A DNA stretch of 64,000 bases from Patescibacteria group bacterium (lineage in GTDB: Bacteria; Patescibacteriota; Microgenomatia; UBA1406), in assembly GCA_041665145.1 (NCBI GenBank), contig JBAYJK010000002.1:232339-296338 (forward strand). Direction: 5' to 3'. Each line of letters begins with the position of its first letter. The stretch's first letter is position 1. A program made the translations under genes and the position numbers. Of this stretch, positions 1 to 8,591 are shown piece after piece. A model generated the notes under the pieces. It was given only the letters and a program-made list of their open reading frames with translations, did no database searches and was not told where the DNA came from.

Positions 1-99
1 AACCAGTTTAATTCCGACACGCTCAAGCCTGCTAATAATTTCGCCGACAAGCCCGCGTGCCACGGTGTCAGGTTTGAGAACAATCAACGTTTGCTCCAT
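1..99 (-). CDS. ndk: nucleoside diphosphate kinase, N-terminal 33 codons (gene runs off the window start)
   Basis: Reverse-strand translation from the ATG at 99-97 reads [33 protein letters not shown]. This matches the conserved Ndk N-terminus (hhhKPDxVxRxLhGxIhxRhE). It is absent from the ORF track because it is truncated. Confidence 0.75.
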   Translation of the reverse strand, partial: MEQTLIVLKPDTVARGLVGEIISRLERVGIKLV

Positions 100-126
100 T
101 TATAAATATTTAATTAATAATTACTA

Positions 127-151
127 CTTTAGACTTTAGACTTTAGACTTT
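127..151. repeat. heptamer tandem repeat AGACTTT x3 upstream of ndk
   Basis: Perfect copies at 131-137, 138-144 and 145-151. Related TACTTT words occur at 160-185 and 4130-4172. Confidence 0.9.
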
Positions 152-190
152 CCTTTATACCTTCTACTTTTTACTTTAGACTTAACTATG

Positions 191-1477
191 TTACCCAAGT
201 ATATCCCCGAGTTCAAGTTCGTTTTTCTTCAACGGTCCAAGCACGGTAATGTTCAGATTCTTCTCAATAAACAAGTCTTTTGCAAGTGAGACTATCTCGT
301 CACGTGTTACTGTATCAATTGAGGAAATTACTTCTTCCGGGGTTTTGTAGGCTCCGAAAAGTAATTGTTCGCCAGCAAAAAAGTTAGCTACGCTATATGA
401 ATCTTCAAGTGATAGTAGCACGTGCCCTTTTATCATTTCCTTCGTTCGGGTTATCTCTTCTTCGGTCACCTTTCCCTGGGCGATACTCTTATGCTCAGCG
501 ACAATTACCGACAATGCCTGCTTGATTTTATGAATATCTGTACTCACGCCTGCCTGGGTGGAAATGTGCCCCACATCGTCATATTGATCTTTTGACGTGT
601 ATATATAGTAGCATAGACCTCTTTTTTCCCGAACTTCGTTAAATAATCGGGAAGACATACCTCCTCCCAAGAGACGAGAAAGAACGGATAGTATATACCG
701 TCGCTTATCAAAAAACGAGAACGCCCGATAACCGATTACAAAATGAGTTTGTTGCGTTTTTTTATAAACCACGTTAAGAACTGGTTTCTTTTGGTTTTCC
801 GACACCGGTTCGTGTCCCGAAACTTTTCCGCCTGTCCAGTGCGAGAAAATGTCGTGGACCGAATTTACATGCTTCACTTGCTCTACGTCTTTCCCCAGGT
901 TTCCCGCAAGAGCCACAATAGCGTTGTGACTGTGGTAGTATTTTTGAAGCCACCCGACAAAATCGCTTCTTTGCATCGAATTGACAGTTTGAGGCTTACC
1001 AGCAATGTCAAAACCAAGCGGGTTTTTCGGGTATAGTTGCTTCTCGTAGAGCTCGCCCACCTTGCGCTGAGGCTCATCTTCATACATATGTATCTCTTCT
1101 ACAATAACGCCCTTCTCGCGCTGTATTTCATCTTCCTTTAATAGCGGTTGAGTAACAGTCTCATACAATATTTTCCCTGCTTTTAATAAATGTGCTGTGG
1201 GCAGCTTTATCCAAAAACCCGTATATTCACGACTAGTGAATGCATTAGAGACTCCTCCAACACCTTCTATTGCCGAAGCGAGGCTAAAAGGTGTGGGGAA
1301 ACTCGGAATTGATTTTGATGTTGCGTGCTCTAAAAAATGAGATATACCATTGTTCTTTTCATCTTCGTATCGTGAACCAACTTTCACCATCACTAACATC
1401 GTAATTGAGCCGAATGTTTCCGTATTTATACTTATGACAGGTAGACCATTCGTCAGTTTATTGAGCGTGATGTTCAT
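191..1477 (-). CDS. M16-family (insulinase/pitrilysin-like) zinc peptidase
   Basis: 428-aa ORF. The inverted zinc motif HxxEH is present as HFLEH near the N-terminus. The length fits a two-lobed M16 peptidase. The start ATG shares one nt with the leuS stop (TAATG). Confidence 0.88.
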   Translation of the reverse strand: MNITLNKLTNGLPVISINTETFGSITMLVMVKVGSRYEDEKNNGISHFLEHATSKSIPSFPTPFSLASAIEGVGGVSNAFTSREYTGFWIKLPTAHLLKAGKILYETVTQPLLKEDEIQREKGVIVEEIHMYEDEPQRKVGELYEKQLYPKNPLGFDIAGKPQTVNSMQRSDFVGWLQKYYHSHNAIVALAGNLGKDVEQVKHVNSVHDIFSHWTGGKVSGHEPVSENQKKPVLNVVYKKTQQTHFVIGYRAFSFFDKRRYILSVLSRLLGGGMSSRLFNEVREKRGLCYYIYTSKDQYDDVGHISTQAGVSTDIHKIKQALSVIVAEHKSIAQGKVTEEEITRTKEMIKGHVLLSLEDSYSVANFFAGEQLLFGAYKTPEEVISSIDTVTRDEIVSLAKDLFIEKNLNITVLGPLKKNELELGDILG

Positions 1478-4107
1478 TACGATCCCTTTACAATAAAATT
1501 AATAATTTTTCCGGGAACATAGATTGTTTTATAGTTACCTGCTACATGTTTTTGTATACTCTCTTGCGCTAAAGCCGCTTGTATTATTGATTTCTCAGTT
1601 ATATCCATAGACTTGGTAACAACCGTACCGCGAAACTTTCCATTAATCTGTACCGCAACTGTAACGTCTGACTTGTTTATCTGTTTAGCGTCAGGAACCG
1701 GGAAGGTTGATAGATGGACACTTCCTGCCATTTTAAGGGTATTGCGCCAGAGATCTTCAGCAATAAATGGGGCAAACGGTGCCAGCAGTTGGACAAAAAC
1801 TGTCGCATGCTGTTTCTGGATCTTTCCACCAAGCTCCCAGACATTCAAAAGTTTCATGAGCGTAGCAATTGCAGTATTAAATTTAACGTTCGTTATATCA
1901 CTCTCAATTTTCGATATCGACATTTGAAGCTCTGAAACAACCTTTACATCCTCATCATCAACAGCATTTGCTATCTTAGCAGGATTATTGAATATCTGAT
2001 AAATTCGCCTCAGAAATCGCGCTGACCCTTGAAGAGCTTGGGTTGACCAGGCAATCTCCATATTGAATGGAGCCATGAACATCTCATAGACCCTGAGTGT
2101 GTCAGCACCATACTCTTTAACAACATCATCAGGGTTAATTACGTTGCCAAGCGATTTGCTCATCTTGCGGTGGTCTGTTGCAAGAACCATACCTACATTG
2201 CGCAGTCTCAAAAAGGGCTCCCTGAAGCCTAAAATACCCAAGTCATTGAGAACATGCACCCAAAACCGCGCATAAAGTAAATGAAGCACAGCATGCTCGG
2301 CACCACCCAGATACCAGTCGACCGGCAACATTTCTGCACCCTTCAATTCGGCTTTCCACTTCTCAACAAGATCACCGGGCGAGGCAACCTCGCCCCTACG
2401 TACTTGCCCGTTTTGTGCAAATTTCAAAAAATACCAACACGACCCTGCCCAGTTGGGCATCGTATCAGTTTCACGACGAGCAGTTGAACCGCATGCCGGG
2501 CATGGGGTCTCGAGCCATTTTTCACCCGCTTGCACGAGGGGCGACTCTCCATTTTCTGTCGGCTCATAGTGACTCATGTATGGCAGCTCCAGTGGCAGTG
2601 TCCCTTCATTGATCGGGTACCAGCCATAGCTCTTCTCTAGAGTACTTTGATCTAGTTTGGTAGTATTTTGATACTTTTTTTGAAAGCTTTTTCCCTCAGC
2701 TGTTGTGAACCACGAATTCTTTTCCGTGGCACACTTTTCGCAATAAACGAGTGGAATCGGTTCTCCCCAATAACGTTGTCGGGAAAAAATCCAATCGCGC
2801 AAATGAAAACTGACCACCCGTTTACCCCAACCCCTTGCTTCCAAGTGATCCATCATTTTGTCTTTAGCTTTCATGATGTCAAGACCGTCGAGAAAATCGG
2901 AATTAATCATAATTCCGGATTCTTCCTGAACTTGTCTGATATCAGTTATTGGAGACGTGTCGGCATCTGACCCCTTAACCACACGCATCACCTCTATCCC
3001 GAATTCTTGCGCAAACTCAAAATCTCGTCGGTCGTGCCCGGGAACACCAACAACTGCTCCCGTTCCGAAATCTCCGAGCACGAAATCTGAAATCCATATG
3101 GGAAGCGGTTTTCCGTTAAGATTATTAACCGCGTAGAAACCCGAAAAAACACCTGTTTTCTTACGACCTTCGGCAATTCTGTCAAGGTCGGTTTTTGATA
3201 GGGCTTTCTGAATATATAAGCTCACTTTTTTATGGATTGCTTCCGTTGTTACCAGTTTTTTTTCAACCACCTTTTTAGCAAAGGGATGTTCGGGTGCTAA
3301 TACGATAAAAGTAGCACCGAAGTTGGTGTCTGGCCTTGTGGTGAAGCACGTGATCTTATCGTCGCTTCCGCGCACCTCATATGCAATATTAATTCCTTCT
3401 TTCTTACCTATCCAATTGCGCTGCATTTCCACTATTCCGTTGGGCCATTGCAGATCTTTAAGGCTATCTAACAAGCTGTTTGCATATGTGGTTATTTTGA
3501 ATATCCATTGCGGAAGATCTCGCTTTGAGATAGTTGAACCGCAACGCTCATGAGTACCATTCGGAAGCACTTCCTCTTCCGCGAGTCCGGTTTTGCAAGT
3601 TGGGCAGAAGTAAACCGAGATCTCTTTTTTAAACAGAAGTCCCAGCTTAAAGAATAATAAGAATAACTCTTGAGTTTTGCCATAGTAGGCCGGATCGGTC
3701 GTTGCAAATTCCTTCTCCCAATCGTAAGACAAACCGAGCATTTGCATTTGACGCTTGAAATTGGCAATATTTGCCGGAACCATATCCATCGGATTCTTTT
3801 TAGCCTTAATTGCTGCGTTTTCTGCCGGCAAGCCAAAGGCATCCCATCCCATCGGATGTAATACAGAGAAACCTTTCATGCGAAAATAGCGTGCCAACAC
3901 ATCTGTGCCCGTATAAATCCGAACGTGGCCTACATGCAGACCAGCGCCAGACGGATAGGGAAACATGGATAAACAGTACATCTTATTCTTATTATTCTTC
4001 AAGTCTAAAGCAGAAGGTCTAAGGTCTGAGGTTTTGTATACACCGTCTTTTTCCCACTGTTCTATCAGCTTCGACTCAAACTCTTGGGGAATATATTTAT
4101 GTTCCAT
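1477..4107 (-). CDS. leuS: leucyl-tRNA synthetase
   Basis: 876-aa ORF with the class I signatures HVGH (HIGH motif) and KMSKS. It has a long CP1/editing insertion and the typical LeuRS N-terminus (PYPSGxLHVGH). Confidence 0.97.
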   Translation of the reverse strand: MEHKYIPQEFESKLIEQWEKDGVYKTSDLRPSALDLKNNKNKMYCLSMFPYPSGAGLHVGHVRIYTGTDVLARYFRMKGFSVLHPMGWDAFGLPAENAAIKAKKNPMDMVPANIANFKRQMQMLGLSYDWEKEFATTDPAYYGKTQELFLLFFKLGLLFKKEISVYFCPTCKTGLAEEEVLPNGTHERCGSTISKRDLPQWIFKITTYANSLLDSLKDLQWPNGIVEMQRNWIGKKEGINIAYEVRGSDDKITCFTTRPDTNFGATFIVLAPEHPFAKKVVEKKLVTTEAIHKKVSLYIQKALSKTDLDRIAEGRKKTGVFSGFYAVNNLNGKPLPIWISDFVLGDFGTGAVVGVPGHDRRDFEFAQEFGIEVMRVVKGSDADTSPITDIRQVQEESGIMINSDFLDGLDIMKAKDKMMDHLEARGWGKRVVSFHLRDWIFSRQRYWGEPIPLVYCEKCATEKNSWFTTAEGKSFQKKYQNTTKLDQSTLEKSYGWYPINEGTLPLELPYMSHYEPTENGESPLVQAGEKWLETPCPACGSTARRETDTMPNWAGSCWYFLKFAQNGQVRRGEVASPGDLVEKWKAELKGAEMLPVDWYLGGAEHAVLHLLYARFWVHVLNDLGILGFREPFLRLRNVGMVLATDHRKMSKSLGNVINPDDVVKEYGADTLRVYEMFMAPFNMEIAWSTQALQGSARFLRRIYQIFNNPAKIANAVDDEDVKVVSELQMSISKIESDITNVKFNTAIATLMKLLNVWELGGKIQKQHATVFVQLLAPFAPFIAEDLWRNTLKMAGSVHLSTFPVPDAKQINKSDVTVAVQINGKFRGTVVTKSMDITEKSIIQAALAQESIQKHVAGNYKTIYVPGKIINFIVKGS

Positions 4108-4115
4108 AAAAAATA

Positions 4116-4124
4116 ATTATAGCA
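4116..4124 (-). promoter_or_regulatory. extended -10 box TGCTATAAT 8 nt upstream of the leuS ATG
   Basis: The minus strand reads aaaaTGCTATAATtattttttATG, with no SD-like purine run. Confidence 0.5.
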
Positions 4125-4171
4125 TTTTACCTTATACTTTCTACTTTCAGTTCTACTTTGTGCTTTTTACT

Positions 4172-4450
4172 TTAAGCTTTCTGCTTCTCTTCTCTCGGTT
4201 TCGCTTCAGTGACCAAAATATTGCGCTCAGTTTCGCCTATTTTCATCGGCTTTCCATTCAGAACTGCAATAGCCTGCTCCGCGAGCTCGGGGGTACTCAT
4301 AGTCACAAAAGCAAACCCTCTCGATTTACCCGAATCACGATACCGAACCAAATTTATCTCGTCAACTTCACCCACCGTCATAAAGACTGTTTTAATATCA
4401 TCTTCTACAGCCCCATACGGAAGATTCCCGACAAATAATCTATTTCCCAT
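4172..4450 (-). CDS. RRM-type RNA-binding protein
   Basis: RNP-2 (LFVGNLPY) and RNP-1 (SRGFAFVTM) motifs are present. I prefer the start at MGNRLFVGNL (4450); the ORF track start is 4459. The 5' end overlaps the stop of the upstream gene. Confidence 0.88.
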   Translation of the reverse strand: MGNRLFVGNLPYGAVEDDIKTVFMTVGEVDEINLVRYRDSGKSRGFAFVTMSTPELAEQAIAVLNGKPMKIGETERNILVTEAKPREEKQKA

Positions 4451-5474
4451 GCATATCACCCCCTTTCTTTGTATGTTTTTTATGTCTCATAAGTCTTATA
4501 AGACTTATGAGACTAACAAGACTAATAAGTCCCATAAGACCCATGAGTCTTATGGGAAAAGCCCAGAATTCAGTAGTTGCGTAAATCTTCTTATCGGCAA
4601 ATTCGAATGTCATGGCAGCTGAGACTGTATACTTACCGAAAAACCAGCCTTTGAATACAGTGCTTACCGGAATCTTGCACCGCTTGCATTCCGGAAATTC
4701 CTCTTGAACCATTAACCTTTGTGAGTTTTTGAGCACATTTGCAGGAAACAGTTTTTTCGTTTCACTTTTGCCTAATGACGAAACGAGTTTAAGAGTTACT
4801 TGTGGTGTTACCATAAATTGTCCGGTGTTGGCAATTTTAACAACCACCGGGACTTCATCATTGCTCTCGACGATGGTGAATGTTTTTCCAAATAGCGATA
4901 ACGAATATCTCGGTATAACTTGCAATTGAGCTATTTTACCTTCGATCGGCATATTTCCTGAGTTAGTAACGCTCACTAAAATATTTGCCCCGATATATGA
5001 CCTCCCCAACCCCGCTGTAGTTTGAGTAACCGGCGGATCTGCCACAAAAAACAACGTATAGTAATAGTCGCCCTCGGGAGCATTTTCCACCGCCCTGATT
5101 TTAAGCAGCGCTTGTGTTTTCTCACGGGATTTGAGTACAAATTTATCTCCCAACCCCATTTGGCTGTTCTCCAAAGAGAATCTGAGCGGTCCTTCCGCTT
5201 TATCCTTAAAAACTCTTCCTCCCTGGTCGTCTGATGGTTCAAAAGAAAGAATGCTTGTGGAAAACACCATAGTATCACCGTTGTTTTTCAAATCAATAGC
5301 CTGCAGCAACGATTTACCCGGCTTAATAACTATCTCTACCTGTGGTGGATAGACGGATACATGGAGTTTTTCGGCATTGGCAGTGGTAGATAGTTGATGG
5401 TAGATAGTTAATAGTAAAATACCCACACAAACGAGCCTCATAACTCTGATTTGTGCGGATCTATTCAATAACAT
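4440..5474 (-). CDS. secreted surface protein with C-terminal membrane anchor, DUF916/DUF3324-like architecture
   Basis: 344 aa. It has an N-terminal signal peptide (…LSTTANA), beta-rich domains and a C-terminal TM followed by a basic tail (RLMRHKKHTKK). Length and layout match ORF 11877..12905. The family call rests on pattern resemblance only. Confidence 0.5.
   Translation of the reverse strand: MLLNRSAQIRVMRLVCVGILLLTIYHQLSTTANAEKLHVSVYPPQVEIVIKPGKSLLQAIDLKNNGDTMVFSTSILSFEPSDDQGGRVFKDKAEGPLRFSLENSQMGLGDKFVLKSREKTQALLKIRAVENAPEGDYYYTLFFVADPPVTQTTAGLGRSYIGANILVSVTNSGNMPIEGKIAQLQVIPRYSLSLFGKTFTIVESNDEVPVVVKIANTGQFMVTPQVTLKLVSSLGKSETKKLFPANVLKNSQRLMVQEEFPECKRCKIPVSTVFKGWFFGKYTVSAAMTFEFADKKIYATTEFWAFPIRLMGLMGLISLVSLISLIRLMRHKKHTKKGGDMHGK
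4484..4513. repeat. 30-nt perfect palindrome inside the C-terminal anchor codons of ORF 4440..5474
   Basis: gtctcataagtcttataagacttatgagac equals its own reverse complement. A second hairpin, cccataagac-ccatga-gtcttatggg, lies about 20 nt further on. Confidence 0.9.
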
Positions 5475-5533
5475 GTCAGTTTGACTATTAACTCTAAACT
5501 ATCAACTCTCAACCCTCAACTATTAACTATCAA

Positions 5534-6295
5534 CTAATACTTAGGTACTGCAATAAAATTAATAACTGTCTGGTAAGTGCCGGTTGCTTGAGCCCCGTCG
5601 ATATTCGCTAGAAATGTAACAGTTGAAATACGGTTTTTCGCGGCTATAGTAGAGGACATGAAGGTAACCGGACTATGTCCGGCTTCACGCGAAGCAAAAG
5701 GACGGTAGTATGTGTTATTTAAAAAATCTGCAGTTACGTCATGTCCTGATGCGTTGTACCCGAATCCCGTCGCAGCAGTTGACGTCCAGACATTCGCACT
5801 GGTTCGAGAACATGCTTGGATCCCTCCGTTACAAGTTGTGTCAGGAATAAAATGTAAGGAAAGCGTCCGGAGAGGATGGTCTTCTATGACTTGGACGTCA
5901 TAGCCACGACTCGGATTAGTAATTGTTACATCTAACGTCGGCAAAGGAGTCGGAAAAGTGTTCGGAATTAATGTCCCGAAATTTATAAGAGTTGATGAAA
6001 TTTCGAATTCAAAAGGCATGGTGGTAAAAATATATTGGAAACCCACTTTTACCACAAATCCCGATGAGGTAAACCGGTCGGCAAATGTTTGTCCGAGTGA
6101 AGTGGTCATGCTGTAATTCGGGGAATCATGCCGACCGCTTCCTATATTAAGGTTGCCGAAAATTATATTATAGTTTGTTGAGTTCATGTTCACCGCATAC
6201 ACTTCAGTTGATAGTTGAGAGTTGAGAGTTAAGAGTAATACGAAGACAATACTTACTCGTATGAGCATGGAGACTAAGTTATTGATTAAATTCAT
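5534..6295 (-). CDS. secreted WxL-domain-like surface protein
   Basis: 253 aa with a signal peptide (…STEVYA). The C-terminal region carries W-containing and terminal motifs (ANVWTSTAATGFGY … GTYQTVINFIAVPKY). These resemble the two WxL-type motifs and parallel the C-terminus of ORF 10409..11854. Confidence 0.45.
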   Translation of the reverse strand: MNLINNLVSMLIRVSIVFVLLLTLNSQLSTEVYAVNMNSTNYNIIFGNLNIGSGRHDSPNYSMTTSLGQTFADRFTSSGFVVKVGFQYIFTTMPFEFEISSTLINFGTLIPNTFPTPLPTLDVTITNPSRGYDVQVIEDHPLRTLSLHFIPDTTCNGGIQACSRTSANVWTSTAATGFGYNASGHDVTADFLNNTYYRPFASREAGHSPVTFMSSTIAAKNRISTVTFLANIDGAQATGTYQTVINFIAVPKY

Positions 6296-6391
6296 GAATT
6301 AAGTATCCGCCCTGCCAACTACTATCTACCATCTACTAACCACTATCAACCATTTACTATCTACTCTAAACTAGAGACTATCAACCCTTAA

Positions 6392-7078
6392 CTAAATCTT
6401 CTCAACATAATCACGAAAATTCTTGACCAAGTCTGCCATATTTTTTATTTTCCGACGAATATACTGCAAATCCAAGTCACCCATAAAATTATCTGCACGT
6501 TCCTTCAAGTCGTCTATTTGGCGGTAAAGTGCTGTTGTCAAAAAAAGTAACGTCTGTTCTTCTTGGTAACCCTTTTGACCTTGCAATTTCTTTTTTGCTT
6601 CCACAAGACGGCTCAGTTCTTCCTTCTGTTGATAGTACTTGCGTTGAATATCACCTAAATACTTTGCAAACGGGGCAATGAACGGTAATGAAAAAACAGG
6701 CAGTAAATCTTTAAGAGATTGGACAGTGCCCATAGTCCCTAGAAAAGCTATGACCAAAAGCAGTGTCAAAACAAAACTGGTACTCGAGTCCAATAAAAGC
6801 GACGTCGCAAATAGTAGAAAATAAAAGAGAAAAAAGAATGGTGATTGAGCTCCTCCGGTTGAGAACACGGTCGAGACTATTATAAAAACAAATACGAGTG
6901 TTTCGATAACATAGAAGTTCTTGATACGGTTGAATATGCCCCGAAATATAAAATAAACAATGAAAATTGCCGCAAGAAACTGAACATCGTAGTTGGCAAG
7001 CGGTGAAAGCGAAAAAAGAACAGCACCTATTGTAACAACAGCAACACCGACCATTTCCCACAAAAGCAATTTCGACAT
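6392..7078 (-). CDS. polytopic membrane protein with C-terminal coiled coil, function unknown
   Basis: 228 aa with about 5 hydrophobic helices followed by a charged, heptad-like tail. I recognise no catalytic motif. Confidence 0.6.
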   Translation of the reverse strand: MSKLLLWEMVGVAVVTIGAVLFSLSPLANYDVQFLAAIFIVYFIFRGIFNRIKNFYVIETLVFVFIIVSTVFSTGGAQSPFFFLFYFLLFATSLLLDSSTSFVLTLLLVIAFLGTMGTVQSLKDLLPVFSLPFIAPFAKYLGDIQRKYYQQKEELSRLVEAKKKLQGQKGYQEEQTLLFLTTALYRQIDDLKERADNFMGDLDLQYIRRKIKNMADLVKNFRDYVEKI

Positions 7079-7188
7079 ATGAATTCAGTATACACAAAAT
7101 TAAGTTACAAGTTAAAAGCCTAAAGTTCTAAGTAATGTGATGCATATAGACCGTGGTATTTGTTTTTTCCGCATGTCATATTCAATAC

Positions 7189-7803
7189 ATGGCGAAAAAA
7201 CAACAAACAGTATTCCACGAGTATTTATCGGAGATACGAAAGCTTCCGAAGAGCATTGTGATACTTTTTACCACTTCCCTCCTGCTCGGGGGAATCGCCA
7301 TCATCGGTTTATTGGTCATACACTCAATAAACCAGAAATTACAAGTTTCCGTAAGCACGAACGATTTTGTCATAACAAAGCCCACAACATCTCCCGTGCG
7401 TTTGTTCGTCGACATCGAAGGTGCAGTTGAAACCCCCGGGGTATACGAAGTTACCGAATCATCACGTTTAGTCGATGCGCTAAAATTGGCCCACGGGCTT
7501 TCTTCCCAGGCTGATCGTAACTATGTTGCTCACACATTTAATCTGGCCAAGAAATTGCAGGATGAAGACAAACTATATATCCCGTTTATCGGAGAAACTC
7601 AAGACAGTGACCAAACTCAGCAAACCACAGTCAACATCAATACAGCAAGCAGAACAGAACTTGAATTATTGCCCGGCATCGGATCGGTTACCACAGAGAA
7701 CATTATTGATCATCGACCCTACGCCGACGTATACGAGCTTGTTACCAAAAAAGTTGTCGGTCAGAAAATTTTTGACCGCATCAAGAACCTCGTAGGCATA
7801 TAA
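7189..7803 (+). CDS. comEA: competence protein ComEA (SLBB + helix-hairpin-helix DNA receptor)
   Basis: N-terminal TM, an SLBB-like segment (VDIEGAVETPGVYEV) and a C-terminal HhH pair (INTASRTELELLPGIGSVTTENIIDHRPY). I prefer the start at MAKKQQ (7189) over the track start at 7153. Confidence 0.9.
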   Translation: MAKKQQTVFHEYLSEIRKLPKSIVILFTTSLLLGGIAIIGLLVIHSINQKLQVSVSTNDFVITKPTTSPVRLFVDIEGAVETPGVYEVTESSRLVDALKLAHGLSSQADRNYVAHTFNLAKKLQDEDKLYIPFIGETQDSDQTQQTTVNINTASRTELELLPGIGSVTTENIIDHRPYADVYELVTKKVVGQKIFDRIKNLVGI

Positions 7804-7806
7804 ACT

Positions 7807-8589
7807 ATGCCGTTTCTTAACTGGGTTACTGAACCGTATTTTAAGTATCTTCCTCAAGAAGAGGCAGCGCTACTTGCCGGCATTGTGTGGGGTCAAAAGA
7901 CCTACCTGACAACAGGAAGTCTTGATTTATTCCGTCAGACTGGTTTATTACATCTCCTTGTTCTATCAGGACAGAATATCACACTCCTCCTCGCATTCTT
8001 TGATCCGCTAACACAATGGGTAAATTTCAGACTTAAACTGATAATTGTCGTCATGGTTGCTGGCTTCTATTGCATAGGTTTTTCTTCTGAGCCATCAATT
8101 GTACGTGCATCGGTAATGGCTATTGTTTCCTCGGGAGTGATCATGTTTGAGCGGCAGACACCGAGTATGTATGTTTTTCTTCTATCTGAGATAGTGCTTC
8201 TTATTTACCAGCCGATGTGGCTCTGGAACATTTCATTCTGGTTATCAACCGCAGCGACGTTTGGCATTATACTTTTATATCCGTCGTTGAGAAGTAAAAA
8301 CTACATACGTAATCAAATCGGACTTACGTTTGCTGCTCAGGTCTTTACAACACCCATAATTCTATTAAACTTCCGACAGTACCCATTACTATCTATATTG
8401 TCTAACCTTTTTGTAACCTGGCTGATCGAGCCCATTATGTTTTTTGGGGTCATATTAAGCTTTGCCGGACATATCGATTCATTCCTGGCAACAGTAATGA
8501 GCTACATCACTCTCGGCGTTGTGCGTATTTTTATTTTAATCGTCCAAGTGAGTTATTTCATAAGTAGTCTACCTATCCTCCGAATATAG
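7807..8589 (+). CDS. comEC: ComEC/Rec2 membrane channel domain (separate ORF)
   Basis: 260-aa polytopic protein carrying the Competence-domain signature region (LLAGIVWGQKTYL…FRQTGLLHLLVLSGQNITLL). It ends at the TAG at 8587-8589. Confidence 0.8.
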   Translation: MPFLNWVTEPYFKYLPQEEAALLAGIVWGQKTYLTTGSLDLFRQTGLLHLLVLSGQNITLLLAFFDPLTQWVNFRLKLIIVVMVAGFYCIGFSSEPSIVRASVMAIVSSGVIMFERQTPSMYVFLLSEIVLLIYQPMWLWNISFWLSTAATFGIILLYPSLRSKNYIRNQIGLTFAAQVFTTPIILLNFRQYPLLSILSNLFVTWLIEPIMFFGVILSFAGHIDSFLATVMSYITLGVVRIFILIVQVSYFISSLPILRI

Positions 8590-8591
8590 GA

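Noticed and set aside
743-4438. Plus-strand ORFs overlapping the M16 peptidase and leuS (743..1036, 1613..1927, 2281..2487, 2668..2970, 3323..3553, 3965..4438, etc.).
   Set aside because: They are antisense to strongly supported genes and have no motifs. Their low-complexity or Cys/Arg-rich composition is typical of shadow frames.
6711-7097. The 128-aa Cys-rich ORF overlapping membrane protein 6392..7078 in another frame.
   Set aside because: It is an alternative frame of the same strand. Its composition (CCCCYNRCC) is implausible, whereas the 228-aa frame gives clean TM helices.
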